This document shows positions 47,494-62,000 of a stretch of DNA of 64,000 nt, piece by piece (within the stretch, counting starts at the first letter, position 1; every line of letters starts with the position of its first letter). The stretch is from Phoronis australis (Eukaryota > Animalia > Phoronida). The stretch lies in assembly GCA_002633005.1 (NCBI GenBank), contig NMRA01000123.1:770656-834655 (forward strand). Reading direction: 5' to 3'. The notes beneath the pieces were generated by a model, which was not told the origin of the DNA, ran no database searches, and was given only the letters and a program-made list of their open reading frames with translations. The position numbers were made by a program, and so were the translations under genes.

Positions 47494-50479
47494 ATGTGGG
47501 TTGTGAATGGTGCCAGGCTAGGCTGGCTTTCACTTAAACATTTTCCAGCCCCAATGAATATCAAAACAGTTTCAAGCGATGAAACCCTAATAAGTTTAAA
47601 GGACATTTTCTGCTTTCTCTCTCCTCAAATGAATTTGCATTATATATGTCAAACCTTTGATGGCAGAATTTCAAGCTATCTGCTTTTATGGCAATGGAAA
47701 TTTTGAGCTCCGTATATTATATAGTTGATGAGTATGTTGCATGATTTTATGTCATGTCGGATGAAGGAAGGAAATTTAGTGGTGACCGTTTAAGTACAAA
47801 GTTTAAAACTGCAGGCTGCTCGTGGTGTCATCTAGCGTATTTTATGCTTTGCTTTGAGAAAGGTTTGGAATAGCCAGTGATTTTATGGTGAAGGCTGAAA
47901 TTACCAGTAAAAGCTGCCTGCTTGTGTGTAACTGGATCCTTTTAATAGTTGATAATATATGTATGTTGAAGAATATGCCATTATTGGAATGGGTTAATAA
48001 TTGATAATTATGCAAATATTGAGTAAGGGAGGTCACCACGCATACATTAAATGTGTTATGCTCACTGGGGTTCAAACAAGGGTATCTCTCACTTACAAGG
48101 GTCACAGATTTTGTCAGTTTGTCGGTAGAGAAAACTTGTTCTTAAAGTGGCATGGAACGCGAAAGCTTGTCAAAATATCTTTTAAACAGTTCGTGGCAAA
48201 AGTACCATCTCGCAACGTCTTACAAAATTCGCAATTTTTGAAATACGCACGACAGAAAAACTCTGTGGTTACCACAGAGCTTCTAATCTCCCTTCCGCGT
48301 AGGATAAATGCGCACATGCGCTTACAGTCAGTTGCTTGAAGTCGCTTGACGTCAGTGATCACATTTTGCATGTAATGTCTTGCCATACCAAATAAGAAAA
48401 CGTGCTCTGCCTTGTGGGAGAAATGTCATGAAGTGGTGAGCAGTTAACATCATTTTTTGAAATTTGAAACTGAAAGAATAAAAATTGTTATGAATAAACC
48501 TTTAAAATACCTGGTGATCAGGTTGAATTCTGTTTCAGTGGCAGAGAACCTGTGTCAACATTGCAATTTAGCCTGTTTATGGCATTCCAGGCCTTAAAAT
48601 GTGGGACCCCTGTAGGTACCTGGTAGTTGTTACCCAAACGAGTGTGGTCTCCATTGTTTACTGGTTAGTTTGGGTTTTGGAAGAATTGACGGTTGATTGT
48701 CGGTTGGAAGCAGTCTCAGTAAGTTGGCTTGTGACATGGGGTCTTTTTGTGCTCCGAGTGAGGCGTCCAGGCTTTATAAGGAACTGTCAGCTCCTCTCAA
48801 GCCAAGAAATCACTCCCCATCCAAGTATGATAAGGAACAAGTTGATACCAATTTGAATACTGTAGGTGACATAAATCAAAATTTTTTTATGATTAGGCAG
48901 GCTCATAGCAGAGGTACTCTGTGAGACAAACTATACAGACAAAATTACCTGTAATTACCTGATGGCTTGGCAGAAGCCGGATTCACCATCGGAGCAGTCT
49001 CCCCTGATGACTGAGAATGAAGGGGAATTAACAGGAATGTTAGTAATGTGGCTAGCCATTTTGTAATTAGAATTTTGACGCGTTATTACCAGTCGTTATC
49101 TGTAATGAGAATTAGCCCTCATGAGGGGAAAGCATTATTTTTTCTGATTACTTTAGTCCGTCTTGCGTTTTAAAAAGCTCAGTCTGCTTTGGATGATGGG
49201 TATCCCACAGTCCATTGCAATGCCATATTTCTCTTTATGTGCAAATAGGTCAATTCAAAGTGAACCTGACTCCAAATTTGCCTTGGGTGGATCTAAGACC
49301 CCAGGCTAAATGTCTGCAGTGCCACCTTCAGGGATTTTTGCATTGTGTTGGAGATTGATTCACTCTGGCCATGAGCTAACCCAAGCACTAAAATAACATT
49401 CCAGTTAGCAGTGTTTAAAGTACTTTTTGGTTAAACATGATTACTTTTGTTATTGTATTTCATTGTATTTGGTGACATTTTTGTCATGTTTTTACTGTTA
49501 TGTAGTAGATGAGATTTCTGTTTTTGTTATTCAGTTTGAGATGTTTTGATGGATGTACAGGGTATTCAGCGTAATGAAAAATGAATGTTACACGAAACTT
49601 GGTTTTAAAATATACATTTATGGAAAGAGCAATAGTTGTTTCAATTAAGAGTTGCATTTTTGTTTAAACATATATACATGTACTTTTGAGGAAATAGATA
49701 TTATCACAAAAGCCAATTATTTGAAATGCATGGTTCAAATTTCCTCAGAATATTACCAGGACTAGTATGTATTTGTAAGGGACATGTGGATACCAACATT
49801 TTGGAAACGTTCCTTATTAAGGGACCCCTGAGTGTAAAAGTGTATTTTTTCAAAGAAAATCGGACCTTCATTGGGTAGTAGTTCCATGGCATTCTTGAAA
49901 ATTGCGAAGAGAAGTTCTTGTCGGAAGGTGTCTCTGACGCAGTTTCCTACCTCACATTGGGACGATTTCATGAAACACAACAAGCTGGTTCAGTTAAGTT
50001 ATAGAGACATTTTCCCTAACGTGTCTAATGACAAATTGTATTGATAACACTGCATGTACAATGAGAGAGATTCTAGGTAATGATGTTTAGATGATTCATT
50101 GTTACCCCATACTGAGATCAGAGCTTGCGGAGAAGGTCATGAGGGACACAATCGAAAGCGGTGCTTGTATCTAAAAAGATGGACCTGACACTCTCGCCTC
50201 TCGAAATGTAAACGAATCCTATGTACTAATTCAACAAGTTGTATCACGGTGCTGTATGCTACATTAACTTGTGGTTTATGGTGACTTAGATAACACCGTC
50301 AAATGCGTTTCTGATTTGCTGAGGAAATCTGCCGCAAAAAAAAACATTAAACCCTTTACGTCTACTAGTATGCAAAATAAATTAGATCGGAACTTGGCGA
50401 AAAGGCAGCCCCCTGGTGGGGCGATAAACTGGAATCGAATGTGGCCATCAAAACTTTTACGTAAAAATCTTCTCTCTTT

Positions 50480-50720
50480 TATCGTAATGCACATAAAGTG
50501 AAAATAGTGCTTTCTGCGCTGTGTTTAAACAGAAAGAAAAAGTTCATGAACCCCGTTTTATTGAAATCCTTAAAAATTCAAAGAATTATCCTAAGGAATT
50601 TTGGAAACAAATTAAGTCTGATATACAGACATCCTGTGTCTTATCTTCTACAATTAATGTCCAGAAATGCCATGATATATGATTATTTCAAAGGTTTTTA
50701 TATTGAATCAAGATGTTTCC
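50480..50720 (+). mobile_element. Possible highly decayed LINE ORF2 remnant
   Basis: A broken frame reads ...LKNSKNYPKEFWKQIKS..., resembling the NPKxFWK motif found between the endonuclease and RT domains of LINE ORF2. No other support. Confidence 0.3.
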
Positions 50721-51512
50721 TTTGACGAGTCTTTGAGGGAATTGGCGACGCACGAAATGATTGAACATGATAATTTTTGCTAGTAGTGTGCTAATAATTG
50801 CTCATTTGATCTTATATTGCTTTTGCCGTCTGAAATATGCCAGGCTATTGAACAATTTCTTTATGGCAAGGCCGGGGGTTACTTTCTGATCGGGGGTGAT
50901 TTTTAAAATGCTTAGGTGCACTAATCCAACAATAACGCCAACCGTAATTATTATATGCTATTTTGATTGTAGGTGTTATACCCACACTTGCTTTGAACCT
51001 CTGACATGGTTCCCCCACTTTTGCTAGTTTTTTATTCAAAAAATTAAAAGCTCACTGCCATTAATGGTTGAGTAAACCGAGTGGTAGGTTTTATTACGCT
51101 TTTAAGGTATGGACTTAATGCAGGCTCACTAGCTTCTGATTTACATGTTTATATGCGTACGCCGAAAATCGAATGAAGGTTGGTTAATTCCTTGATGATT
51201 TTTGGCATTCATAAGCTTATCTTGTACGAAATTGATTTTTGATGCATGTTTAAATTCGGCAAAATACATTTCATTCAACACCAAAAGTTCTCTTACGCCT
51301 TTCCAATATTTGAAGTAATCGTATACGTGAGAAGCCGTTTTGTGGTCAATGCTCTTTTCAAGGATCATCGAATTACTTGAATTTAATCTATCTAACCAAT
51401 CTATTCTAAACATCGTTTTCATTCTCCCGACTCAATGTCTGTAATTGCATAAACTGCATGTCCGAGAAGGAGAACATTTTCATTGACGCAGCTGATGAAG
51501 TGGACACATCCC

Positions 51513-51577
51513 CAGTGGCGGATTTAAAGGGGGGCCAAGAGGGCCATGACTCCCCACCCCCTAAAATTTCCCAGATT
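51513..51577. mobile_element. Truncated copy of the 54198-54355 MITE family
   Basis: CAGTGGCGGATTTAAAGGGGGGCCAAGAGGGCCATG...CCCCCTAAAATTTCCCAGATT matches the reverse complement of ~54295-54355. Confidence 0.7.
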
Positions 51578-53000
51578 ATGGGTAAGTTTCTCTGTAGCGT
51601 GCATTTGCATAAAATTCCGTCCTGGTCCACTGGCACGCATACTGCCTCTTTAACTAATCATTAGACACAAGTTTTGCTTTAAAACGATGTAATGGCAAAG
51701 AACAGTCGAGTCTGACAAAATTTGGTGTCAGGACGTAATGAAATCTTTAAGATGAACACGTTATATTTCGTGATTGATACATTGTAACTTGTGAAAATGC
51801 TAAAAATAACTGTTACAGTAGTACTCAAGGCCGGATGCCTTTTACCAAGATTGCAAAAATTGTCTCAAGTGCATTTCACTTGAGACGCTTCGTTGTACAT
51901 TCCACCAGATAGCCCCATAAGCTTATTTAATAAATACATACTTGAACACAAGCTCTCTATATGCAATAGTCATTTATTATTCATTTAACAGACTGACACA
52001 TACATGTATTATCGATAAGGCCGCAGCATTCATGTGCAGGGCATTATTCGTATCAACATTAATCGTGTCCTATCATGAAATTTACAATTTCCTACATCGA
52101 GCTGATCATCAGTCGTCTTGAATCCATCATATCGTCAAAACTTTCCCGATGTGCGTGCACATCGAGACTGCAAGTCGTCCATTACATCATGCCCTTTAAC
52201 GGCGATCACCCGAGATGGTGCATTGAAACGGCACTTACGGCGACGACAAAATCAATAACTCCTTTTTATTTTGGCACACAGCGGTTCACTGAATTTGGCA
52301 AGATTGGAAGCCTTCACATAATGTAAAAAAACTACAATTCCTAATCTATACTAAAACTTCCAGAGGCAAACACAGAGTAGAAAAATAAGAAATTTTAAAT
52401 AAAACACAATACAATACACATCTCGCTAAAACAGTGGTCGTAGAGCGCACACCATTGTCTAGAGAAAGCTGTGATAACCTGAAGAAGCGTGAATAGAACA
52501 ATTTAATGCGAAACGCTCTGCATAGGAAACAAATTCATTGGGCCATGTTACGCGAAAAGGAGGTGTATTATCACCCTCCTCTGACACAGCGCCACCTAAC
52601 AGTAGTATTACTCAGCCGTTCTATAAATTGCCTCTAATCGTCCCTTGCCCGCTCAAAATGTTATATTAAATAATAATAATACTAATGATAATAATAATAT
52701 TAATAATAGTTACAATGCTCCTAAAACAGCGACGACAACAGAGGTTTGTATCACCCACAGCCGAGTTCCAGAAACCAAAACAGATCATGGACCAATTGAG
52801 GAAATAGCATCATAAATTAATTCGCTATATTTAACTAGAGCCAACGAGAACGAAATAGTCTACTGTAACTTATAAAATGACTCAGTTTGCCACCACAGTT
52901 AACATCCAACGGAATCTTTTTACAATCGTCTACAACAGTCTTCAGCCCAGACAAGAGGCACTTGCTGCAGAAAAGAGTGAGAAAATCTCAAACCAAATAC

Positions 53001-56000
53001 TCAGTTGTTTTTGAGCGTGACCCGGATACTGGAGAAGATTTTTCCCATGGCCTCGTAGCATGGCGCCACGAAACTCTCCAGCATGGCAGAAAAGATGCGT
53101 CGAGTGCAAAGGAGCTTGATACCCATTCCCTTGAGACACGGCATCCATAGCCAGATGTTACAGAATGAGAGGCAAGCGAACCAGATGCCGAACACGACGG
53201 ACAGGGGGATGGCGCACAGAAGAGACGTTATGCGATAGCACCACAGCTTGGTTCCTGTGAAGACCTGTAAAAGAACAGAATTACTATGACCATGCGGGTA
53301 CGTGAACTTTCGGACAAAGGCAAGTATTCGCGAACGCGCGTCTTGTCTTTGATGCCTTTTGCACACTGAAATTTTGACCTCGACATTGACAATGGCATCA
53401 CTTTTGTGCAACCGTCTTACGTCCCAGCTTAAAAAAGAGCATTGATGGTGGAGTCGTCAACGGTGGCAGTTACGGTCAGATGGTATTGACGGTGACAATC
53501 ATCACGAAAATGATGGTCGTAGTGGCAGTTAGAATTGGAACGATAGTGGTAGTGATAGTGACGCGACTTGTCAGGTGATGATGGTGATGGGTAACTACGC
53601 TGATCGATGGTGACAAACTAGTTATGACGACGCGATGGCGCTGGTGGCCGTCATGGTGTGAACATTATGCGTCCTAAGACAGTAAGCTTATTGTAAATTT
53701 ACAACTCACTAAAAGGAGTAGTTGAGGGCTATTGATATTTTAAGAGTAAATTGTCAATGCTGAAAAATGGCGATGCGCGCGCGTGCGCGCGTGTGTGTGT
53801 GTGTCCGTGAGCGAGTGCGTGTTTGTGCACGCGCGTCCTCATGAATAAAATATGGGATATGGGTGCAAAAACATTACACTGCACTTGTGAATGTGATGGA
53901 GGTAAAAGAGACATATACGTACCGTATAACTTAGTCCCCACACTCTGTCAAAGCTGAAGATAGTGCTATCAGGTTCGGCAAAGACGTCATGGAAAGTAAC
54001 CTACAACAACAAAAAACAAGAACACTTTAAGTTAACAACCACAGAGTCCAAACGAACGATTCACAGCAAGCAGTGCAATATCATATGGTTGTACACACAT
54101 GTTCATACTGAGCTGCTTGCGAGTTATGGTATCCACACGCTGCCAATAGGCGGCAGTGGCAACGGTATCGCTTTTATTCTCAGTTGCTTGTACATGTCAG
54201 GGGCGGATCCAAGATTTTGAGTTAGGGGGGCCAGGCTAGAATATTAGCCAGGATTTTGCCCGTCAGACATTTGCACCCCCGAACTGCCTAATGGAATCTG
54301 GGACAATTTTAGGGGGGGGCATGGCCCCCTTGGCCTCCCTATAAATCCGCCACTGCATGTACATGCAAATGTTAGTATCGTGAACAGTGCTGCATATATG
54401 CATAGACAAGATTTGTACTCAAAACACAAACGTTGCTCGATTTTCATGTTAGTCGACCATTCATGCATTCAAAATTCACAATATTGCTTTCCCACATCGC
54501 TCAGAAAGCATCATGTATCGAGTCAGGTCAAGGTTAATTTGCCATGAAATGCTGCATGTATTGGGGAAAATTCAATAAAGACTCTAAGTGGGCTAGTAGT
54601 TCTTGCAACAGCATCTTCTCAATGGTGTCCCCACAGGACGCTAAGTTAGACATAAGGCAATCTGGCATCATGTCAACGGCATTGGTATACTGGACTGTCC
54701 CAAGGGACAAATTAATTGAGCGCAGTGGATATACTGCAACGTGATAATTACAACCACATGCCTATACTAATCTAATGTCGCCAACTGACATGGGGCGGTG
54801 GCAGACGTAAAATATCCAAAGCCCATGTAAAATGGTGAAAATGCATTACTTTGAGTGAGGAACAGGCCTGTTGAATTATTTGAGTTTTCGTATTTCGCCA
54901 GTGCATTTGCTTCCCTGATAAAGTACAGTTATGCTTTGAAACAGTTTGTTTAATTCCCCGGCTCTGCAAATTCACTTTTTTTTACAGTACGCCATTTTAT
55001 TCGCCAAGCAATAACAAACTAACAGCCACTTCTTCCAAGGGAAAAACCCATCTCATTTCGGTAAGGACCAACAATAGTGTTTTAATGACGGAACACGGGC
55101 TTTTATAACGCTGTGTTACGTGCTCGCATTATTGGGATTTGCACGCGGAAAATGGCGGGTTTCGACCATTCATATAGTAACTTCTATAAAAAGTGATATT
55201 TTTCTGTTCTTCAACTATTGCAGAAACACCGTTTGGGTCACAAGAAGGCCTGTATGGCGTTTCGGAGACAAAATAATGTCTTTTATTATAAGCGTTGTAG
55301 TTACATTTCACGATACTCGTTCTGTTTTCTTTGGAATTATCTAAAAGAGAGAATCGACAGCGCAGCAGCAATCCGTAAACAATAGTGGCTCCGGAGGCAA
55401 ACAGTGGGCGTCGTGAAATGATGCTACTGACTGAATGTGTCTGACAGTGTTATCATGAGCTTCAGAATCAGAGCGCGTAGCAGCTGTAATTCTGAGACGA
55501 AGGGCATGGATTGAAAACGTCGTTAATTATTGAATTTTCTTGAGAAATAGTAACAAAGTAGGAGACTGCATCCAGTTTTCTTTCCAGGATTGAAATAGAG
55601 CGCGACCGGAGTGAACGATCGGGAAAGAAGTTAAGTCAGCTAAGTACGTTCTGAAAGGGAGACCAACGTGTACTATTCTTGGTAAAGTTATTTTGTCAGT
55701 AATAAGATCATACTTAGCGTTAATTTTGATAACAATGTACTATTCCGTGGGTTGAAATGCTCTTCTTCAATGCGTGTTGTTGCTTAATTAACGCGCAGTA
55801 ATGCATAATCAACGTCGCGCTGAATATTGGTTATTCGTCAAGTCCAATCAAAGACAAGTTTATAGTCGGTACGTACAACCGCGAGGAGGCAGCACAGACG
55901 AAGCATGTCCGTGATGAAGCACAATCTCGTTAGAAACTCTTTGCATGTATGCAGAAAGTCTTCCGCTATTTTGAGATTAAAGAACAGGAATGTGATTGGG

Positions 56001-59000
56001 TGATAAAAAATACGTGTTTAATAAGCAATAAATAAGAACTGAAAGGTACTCGTTTAAGAACCATCTCAGCGCGGCGTTGAATAACTAATACTACGCGTTA
56101 ATCAAGCAAACGGTGCGCGTTGAATAAGCACACTTTAACGCGCAGAAAGGCACTCGTTTATGAACCCTTTGGCGCTGCAACTGTGTATACGACGTCTCTC
56201 ACTATTAAAGGGGTCAATGTCGATGTCTCGTGAAGTTTAATGTGATATCGTTTCTCTTGTAAGGAACATGCAGTATGGAATGCAGCTCAGGTACCCACGT
56301 GGGACACTTGCCCCACAAACGCTCCAGTGTAGATGAACTGCTTTCTGTTCGCAATCTTTCCATATGTTAATACGACTTTATTAGAGCTTTCATAAGCCTC
56401 TGTTTCAGAGGATGTTCGAGCAACATGGCCGACGTATTCAGACTGAGATAAAACATGTCCCATTCGCCAGTCTGCTGCCACTGAGTTGAAAATTGCAGGA
56501 AATACAATACGTACAGTACATGCAACCCGCAAACTGAAATCGAAAACCTCTTACACGAGAAACCTCAATCCGTTGTATAAAGCAGACTGATATTTAATAG
56601 CTTAGAAAAAGTGACCCGGATTTATCGATTTTTGTTAACCGGAACCTGATATTTCCAAAGTCGACAGGATCAGTGTTTACCATATAGATTGTCTAGTGGC
56701 CGGTGATGAGCCGTAGATTTAACGAGAGTATAATCGCCATGCTACACGATTTGGATGTGGATGGCAAACATCTAATAAGAAATGATCGACTGTGTAATAG
56801 ATAATGGCGGTAAAAGGTGCCGCGAAATGTGTATGTGTTGCACTATTGATTTCTGTATGCCAATTGCAGATGCTACACCGAAAGTCGTTGTTAACCGCGT
56901 AAAAGTTGGATTAAAGTCTCAACCCATGCAATGCATATGATTTATTTCCAGGAAGGATGATGAATTATAGAGACACATAATATTGTTCATATCTAGTACT
57001 TATTTAGTTTTCACACAACCATTTTCAGGCTGAACGTTAGAATTCGTCTTGAAATATATTGACGAAACGAGTGTGGGACAGGCGGAAACGGAAGTTCCTA
57101 ACAGCTTAGAATGCAACACCGTTCACGAGGTTCTTTCTCCAATTGTACATTCATTACACATGTTCACAGTGCCATCTCTAGAGGAGTTGCACTGTCCCGG
57201 GGGGCAGATACATCCCATGTAAATGATATGGGAGACGTGCACTCACATGGCTGAAGTTTTCCAGCCCAATTTCTCATTCTCAACGAAGCTATGACTTTTC
57301 CTAGGATTTTTATATTACCCGTACGTGATATTTACAACAGTGTTGTAAAAGATGTGCGCATTTTTGATAACACCATGACATTTACCTTTCGCTAACTTCC
57401 AGATTTATGGGACTAAATAGATACTTTCCGAAACATTTATACGAATTTCTGGAATTCACCTCACAAAAGGAAAGCGGTTTTAGAACAAATTTTAAGAAAT
57501 TTTAACTTATCCATGGAGTGGGGCCAGATAGGTCCCTTTTATCGATTCCACTTTCTAATAGTTACGTATCTTAATTTTCCAGCAGCACTGATAAACATAC
57601 TGTCGAGTGTCCTACCCCCGGGCACTAAGCAAGTATGATGCATTCACACACGCAGATCGAATTCCGTGTGCGTGCATCAGGGTGAAAGCCTAAGTAGAAC
57701 GATAGTCGAAAAATGGTCCAGAGATTTGGCGCAAAAAATATTTTGAATCGTTCTATTATGATTGATGGCTTGCTAATCGAATGAGTCACAGAACACTATC
57801 TTGTGTGGCTGCATCGATTTAATCTGTTGTTACAGCAGTCGCAAGTCACAACAGACATTTATCAACTTTCGAGCAGTTGGAAAGTCCAAATGTTTCCGTC
57901 CAGCAATGAGCACTTTACGATTACTTGGAAGGTAATTGAGGAATGCCTTTTTGACTTATGGCTGCTGTAGCAACAACAGACTACTTCGATGCCGTCACAT
58001 AAGATCGTGTTATGTGTCTCACTCGAGATAATCCAACCTGAAGGACGGCATGTTTCATCTTTCTCAGAGTACAAGGAAAAACCACACCCATCATCCTATC
58101 CAAGAGTAGCGTTGGGCACGAGTGTGCCTACCACACTTAGTGGGTTCCTACTCGTTATTTGTCACGTGTTATTGATCGTGCTGCACGAGATTTACCGTGG
58201 TATGACAACCCCCGTTAGCGTTGACGGTGATGGATTGCAACTATGCATGCAAATGCTACCCAACCTTATGGATTCCCCATTTTTGTTCGGAGTGTTTGTT
58301 GTGCTAACCTAATTCCTGCCATTAATGTCCCGCTGTCTCTGCTATCTAGGTTTAGATTCAACGTCTTGATAGGTGCCTTCAAACCACAAACGCAAAAATT
58401 AAAAAGTGACCGAAAACCAAAAAAATTGCAAGAAAGCAATCAGAAGTATTTTTGTTTCCAAAAATGCGACATTGGTTAAATAGATGCCATTGTTTTCAGG
58501 GTTGACTACCAATGAATTGGTTCATAAACAGGACACTTCTAGCTTAGCGTTTCAAAGCAAAGGTCAAACATATTTTTATAGTCTTTTTAATGACGTTTAC
58601 TGTCTCCGCAGGTCTGCGATACGTTCCGCAGACACAAAAATCTCGCGAGTGAAGGTAGTGTGATCTCGTGCTTCGCTGATTTTGGCTGATGGCGAATATC
58701 TTACAGTAATAAGTGGGATGAACTATGAACTAATTTAAGCACGCGCGACTTGGTCAACCTCTTCCAAAGTCTTTTAAACTGGGAGACCTGAGGCTCGTTC
58801 TAACAAAACTGACTTAGCTAAGACAATTCTTAAATTTTACTAAATTTTAAAATTAAAGTTAAATTTGTCTCAAATTATTTCAAGAAAGAGATCTTAAGCT
58901 TGATTTAAGTGTTTGGCGTAAGTTTTGTCTTAAGTTTGGCGAACTTACAGGACTTGGAAGTTTCAAAGTTTGGAAGTTAAGACAAATCTTAGACTTAAGT

Positions 59001-62000
59001 CAAAAATGAACTTATGTCATTTTCTTGGAACGGGCCCCTGGTCTTCTTTCCGCTGACGCAAGATACTCGCCAAAGCTAGTGTAACCACGTGCTGTCATTT
59101 TTTATATGTTTAACTGTGGCACGGCAAAAATTGCCATGGTCCAGGATGCGCAAAATAATCTTTGCCAAATAGCACTCATCTCAGAAATGCTACGCTAATC
59201 GAGCCGAAGTCAAGTCACTTCCGCACGGAGTCCATTCTGCTCTTCGTGAAGTGTTCATCCATTCATTCAGAGAAAGAACTGCTCAGAAGCTCAAGCGTTC
59301 TTTAAGAATCTTTAATTGCCCATGATTCTTATCATGGTTTCCATGCCTGGATAAAACTTTCAGTGTTCCCACAAAATAATGTTTTATTTATTTATTTATT
59401 TATCTATTTGTTTATTTATTTATAGTATGCCTTTTTTGCCAGACGTGATAAAAATAACCAATTCTTTGTTTCTGTATAAGGGTCAAAAGGCCGAATTTAT
59501 GAAATGAATACCAACCAGCGTGCGCCACGCAGTGATCCTCGGGTCAAGAAACTCGATACTCTGATGTATGGAAGGCAAATTGTTATTTCATCATAGTTCG
59601 GTGAAGTGGTTTTAATTGATTGAAAAGCAAACCATGCCCACTAGATGAAAGCCAAATAATATCACCCTTGAACACATTAGGGCGTCGTGGGAGTGATCAG
59701 AGCTGACGTGCACTGTAAGGGCGCAATCGAAATCCACGAGAAAGAAAATATGGAATTCATAATCAGGGAGTGGAAACGATTCTATGACCGCAGCTATCAA
59801 TTCCAGCTGCGATCCCTTGAGCCCTAAGCCCGCAGCATAAATTCCAGACACGAATTCCGAAACTTCACACGCTTTCCGAAAATGTTGCATACCACTGACC
59901 ACAATCCAAAACTGATTTCTTACACGGTCTAAGAAGTTCATGTCTGGAGTTTGGTTCCCAGGTATGGCAAACTTTCTGCGCGTGTAAGTTAGGGCCGTCG
60001 GTCGCGGGTGTCGTATCTGCTGTCCCGGGGGATCGCAGATGGAATTCGCTGGCGCGACCATGGAATCGTTTCCAACCCCTGATAATGTTTGGAGAGGGAA
60101 GCCCGTGTACTAATCAATCAGAATGGGATAGGTGATAGGTAGGTACTTGAAAGAATTTACATTTGAAGAACAAAATAAATTAAAAGCATCAACGTAAACT
60201 GATGAATTTATTTAGTGGGAAACTGATTATCGTCTTTCCTGTATACAGACAAGTGGCTTCCCTTCTCTTTCTCTCCGCAAACTCAACCGCAAAACCATGA
60301 GTACCATGTTCAACAATTACAAGCTGGATTAGCTATGATTTGTTGTTTCAACTGGGTTTATCAGTTGTTGATTGCACCAGTTGTGATACCATATCTTTTT
60401 ACAACAACTGAGCCTCGTTGCCCATCGCATTCCGAACACAAACCCGTCAAATAACAAGACTCCCATGGAGAAGTCTTAAAAATGCAAGCAAAAAATTCCC
60501 CAGTTCCCTAACGACCATGTCATCCGTAGCAACAAGTCCGAAACTTTGCTGGCGGCTTCTGTAAACATGGCCTGGTTATCGACTGGTTTATTTTCCTTCG
60601 TCAACGCATTTGTTTATTACAAATATAAGTAGGACACTTAAGATTCGTCCAACTGCCAAGCAGATGTTCCTGAACCTGACCCAAGATGACCCAAAAGGAA
60701 TTTTCGGAATTTTGAACCACTGTTCAAATTAGTAAGCAGGGCAGAGAAATCGGGCTGTGCCAGTGCCCAGGCCATTGACAGTTCGTCGCAAGTGTTTACC
60801 CAAGTCATTCGCCAAATTTCTGTCCTTGACATTTAGAAATTACAGTAACCGCGGCTACTGCACACAACCACAGAAACCCATAGAGAACGAACAAGGCTTC
60901 ATTCGTAATGAGTCACGATTCGATAAGGTGTCGACGTGGTGCTATCAAGACAATGAAGAAAGTTTTAGTGTCGATCATCAACAGTGGGAAGCTAACCAGT
61001 TTTTATCGACAACGGAGTGATTGGGCAAGATCAAGATGCAGGCTTTGCATACAGTCGTGTTTATGTGACGACGTAGTGGTTAAAATGCAAGAAAATGTAG
61101 ATTCGCTGTTTAGCTCGAAAGTGTCGAGAATCAGAAGTGTGTGGAAAATATCTAAAACCATGCCCTTTTTGAAGCTGCAGGAAATGGTGGCAGTGTCTGA
61201 ATTCATTATGGGGGAAATGCCGTTTTGATCGATATTATTCATCCACTTAAAGCAATTTGCCCAAACGGCTTCCGTTATTGTATTAAAATCCACTTGAGCT
61301 ATGTGATGTGAACCAAACTTGTTTTTCTATGTTCTGACTGCATAATTGTAATAATAGTTATATAAGATATTCCTGGTGAGGTAACCCTGGATTTCAAGCG
61401 TCTAAAATGTGTGTCCCTTCATAGCGAAGATGCGGCAGTGTCTCCTCGTTATAGTGTAGTGGAAATGAATTACGCGGTATTTTGTGGGTAGGGGACAACT
61501 ACTGTGGAATCACCTAGTTGTTCACTCCCAGCATCGCAGTTTGGTGGCTAGAGAGGACAGTTATAACCTATCTCGTATCTCGAGAACCTGGCATACGTGT
61601 TGTTATTTTCTGTTTTAGCGTCTCGTGTCAGAAGAGGCCGATCACTGTTACATCGCGCGGACCAGTCTATCGAATCGACCACTAATCTGTTCTTGAACGT
61701 CCAGGAACAAGGTGAGTTTCTACGACAAATCATCGTTTATTTATAACACCTCTGTCGAACAGTATTTGATTGTATGAGTTTTTAATTAAAAAATCTAGCG
61801 TCAAATACTTTATGCTGTGTCTCGAGTGCAACAGAAGTCTCTTGAGATCTCGCCTAATCATGGTATTTTCCGGGGTTTTTTGGTCAGTGTCAAACGTCGT
61901 GTGCATAAGATTACTCGGTTCAATTGTCGATTTTAACTAGATAGAAATGCATCTTTAAGCGGTCTTCTGAGCCAAAAATGCACTGGACTGGAAAGAAATG

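Noticed and set aside
51141-51422. 93-aa minus-strand ORF vaguely like a LINE C-terminus
   Set aside because: The similarity is too weak to call.
57196-57622. CCCGGGGGG...CCCCCGGG-bounded segment as a MITE
   Set aside because: There is only an ~8-bp low-complexity inverted match and no clear TSD.
59612-60061. 149-aa minus-strand ORF as a possible nested gene
   Set aside because: It mostly overlaps the fold-back MITE at 59764-60081 and has no recognisable protein motif.
60600-61300. Cluster of overlapping 64-106 aa ORFs on both strands
   Set aside because: No recognisable domain or coherent splice structure; a very old TE remnant cannot be excluded.
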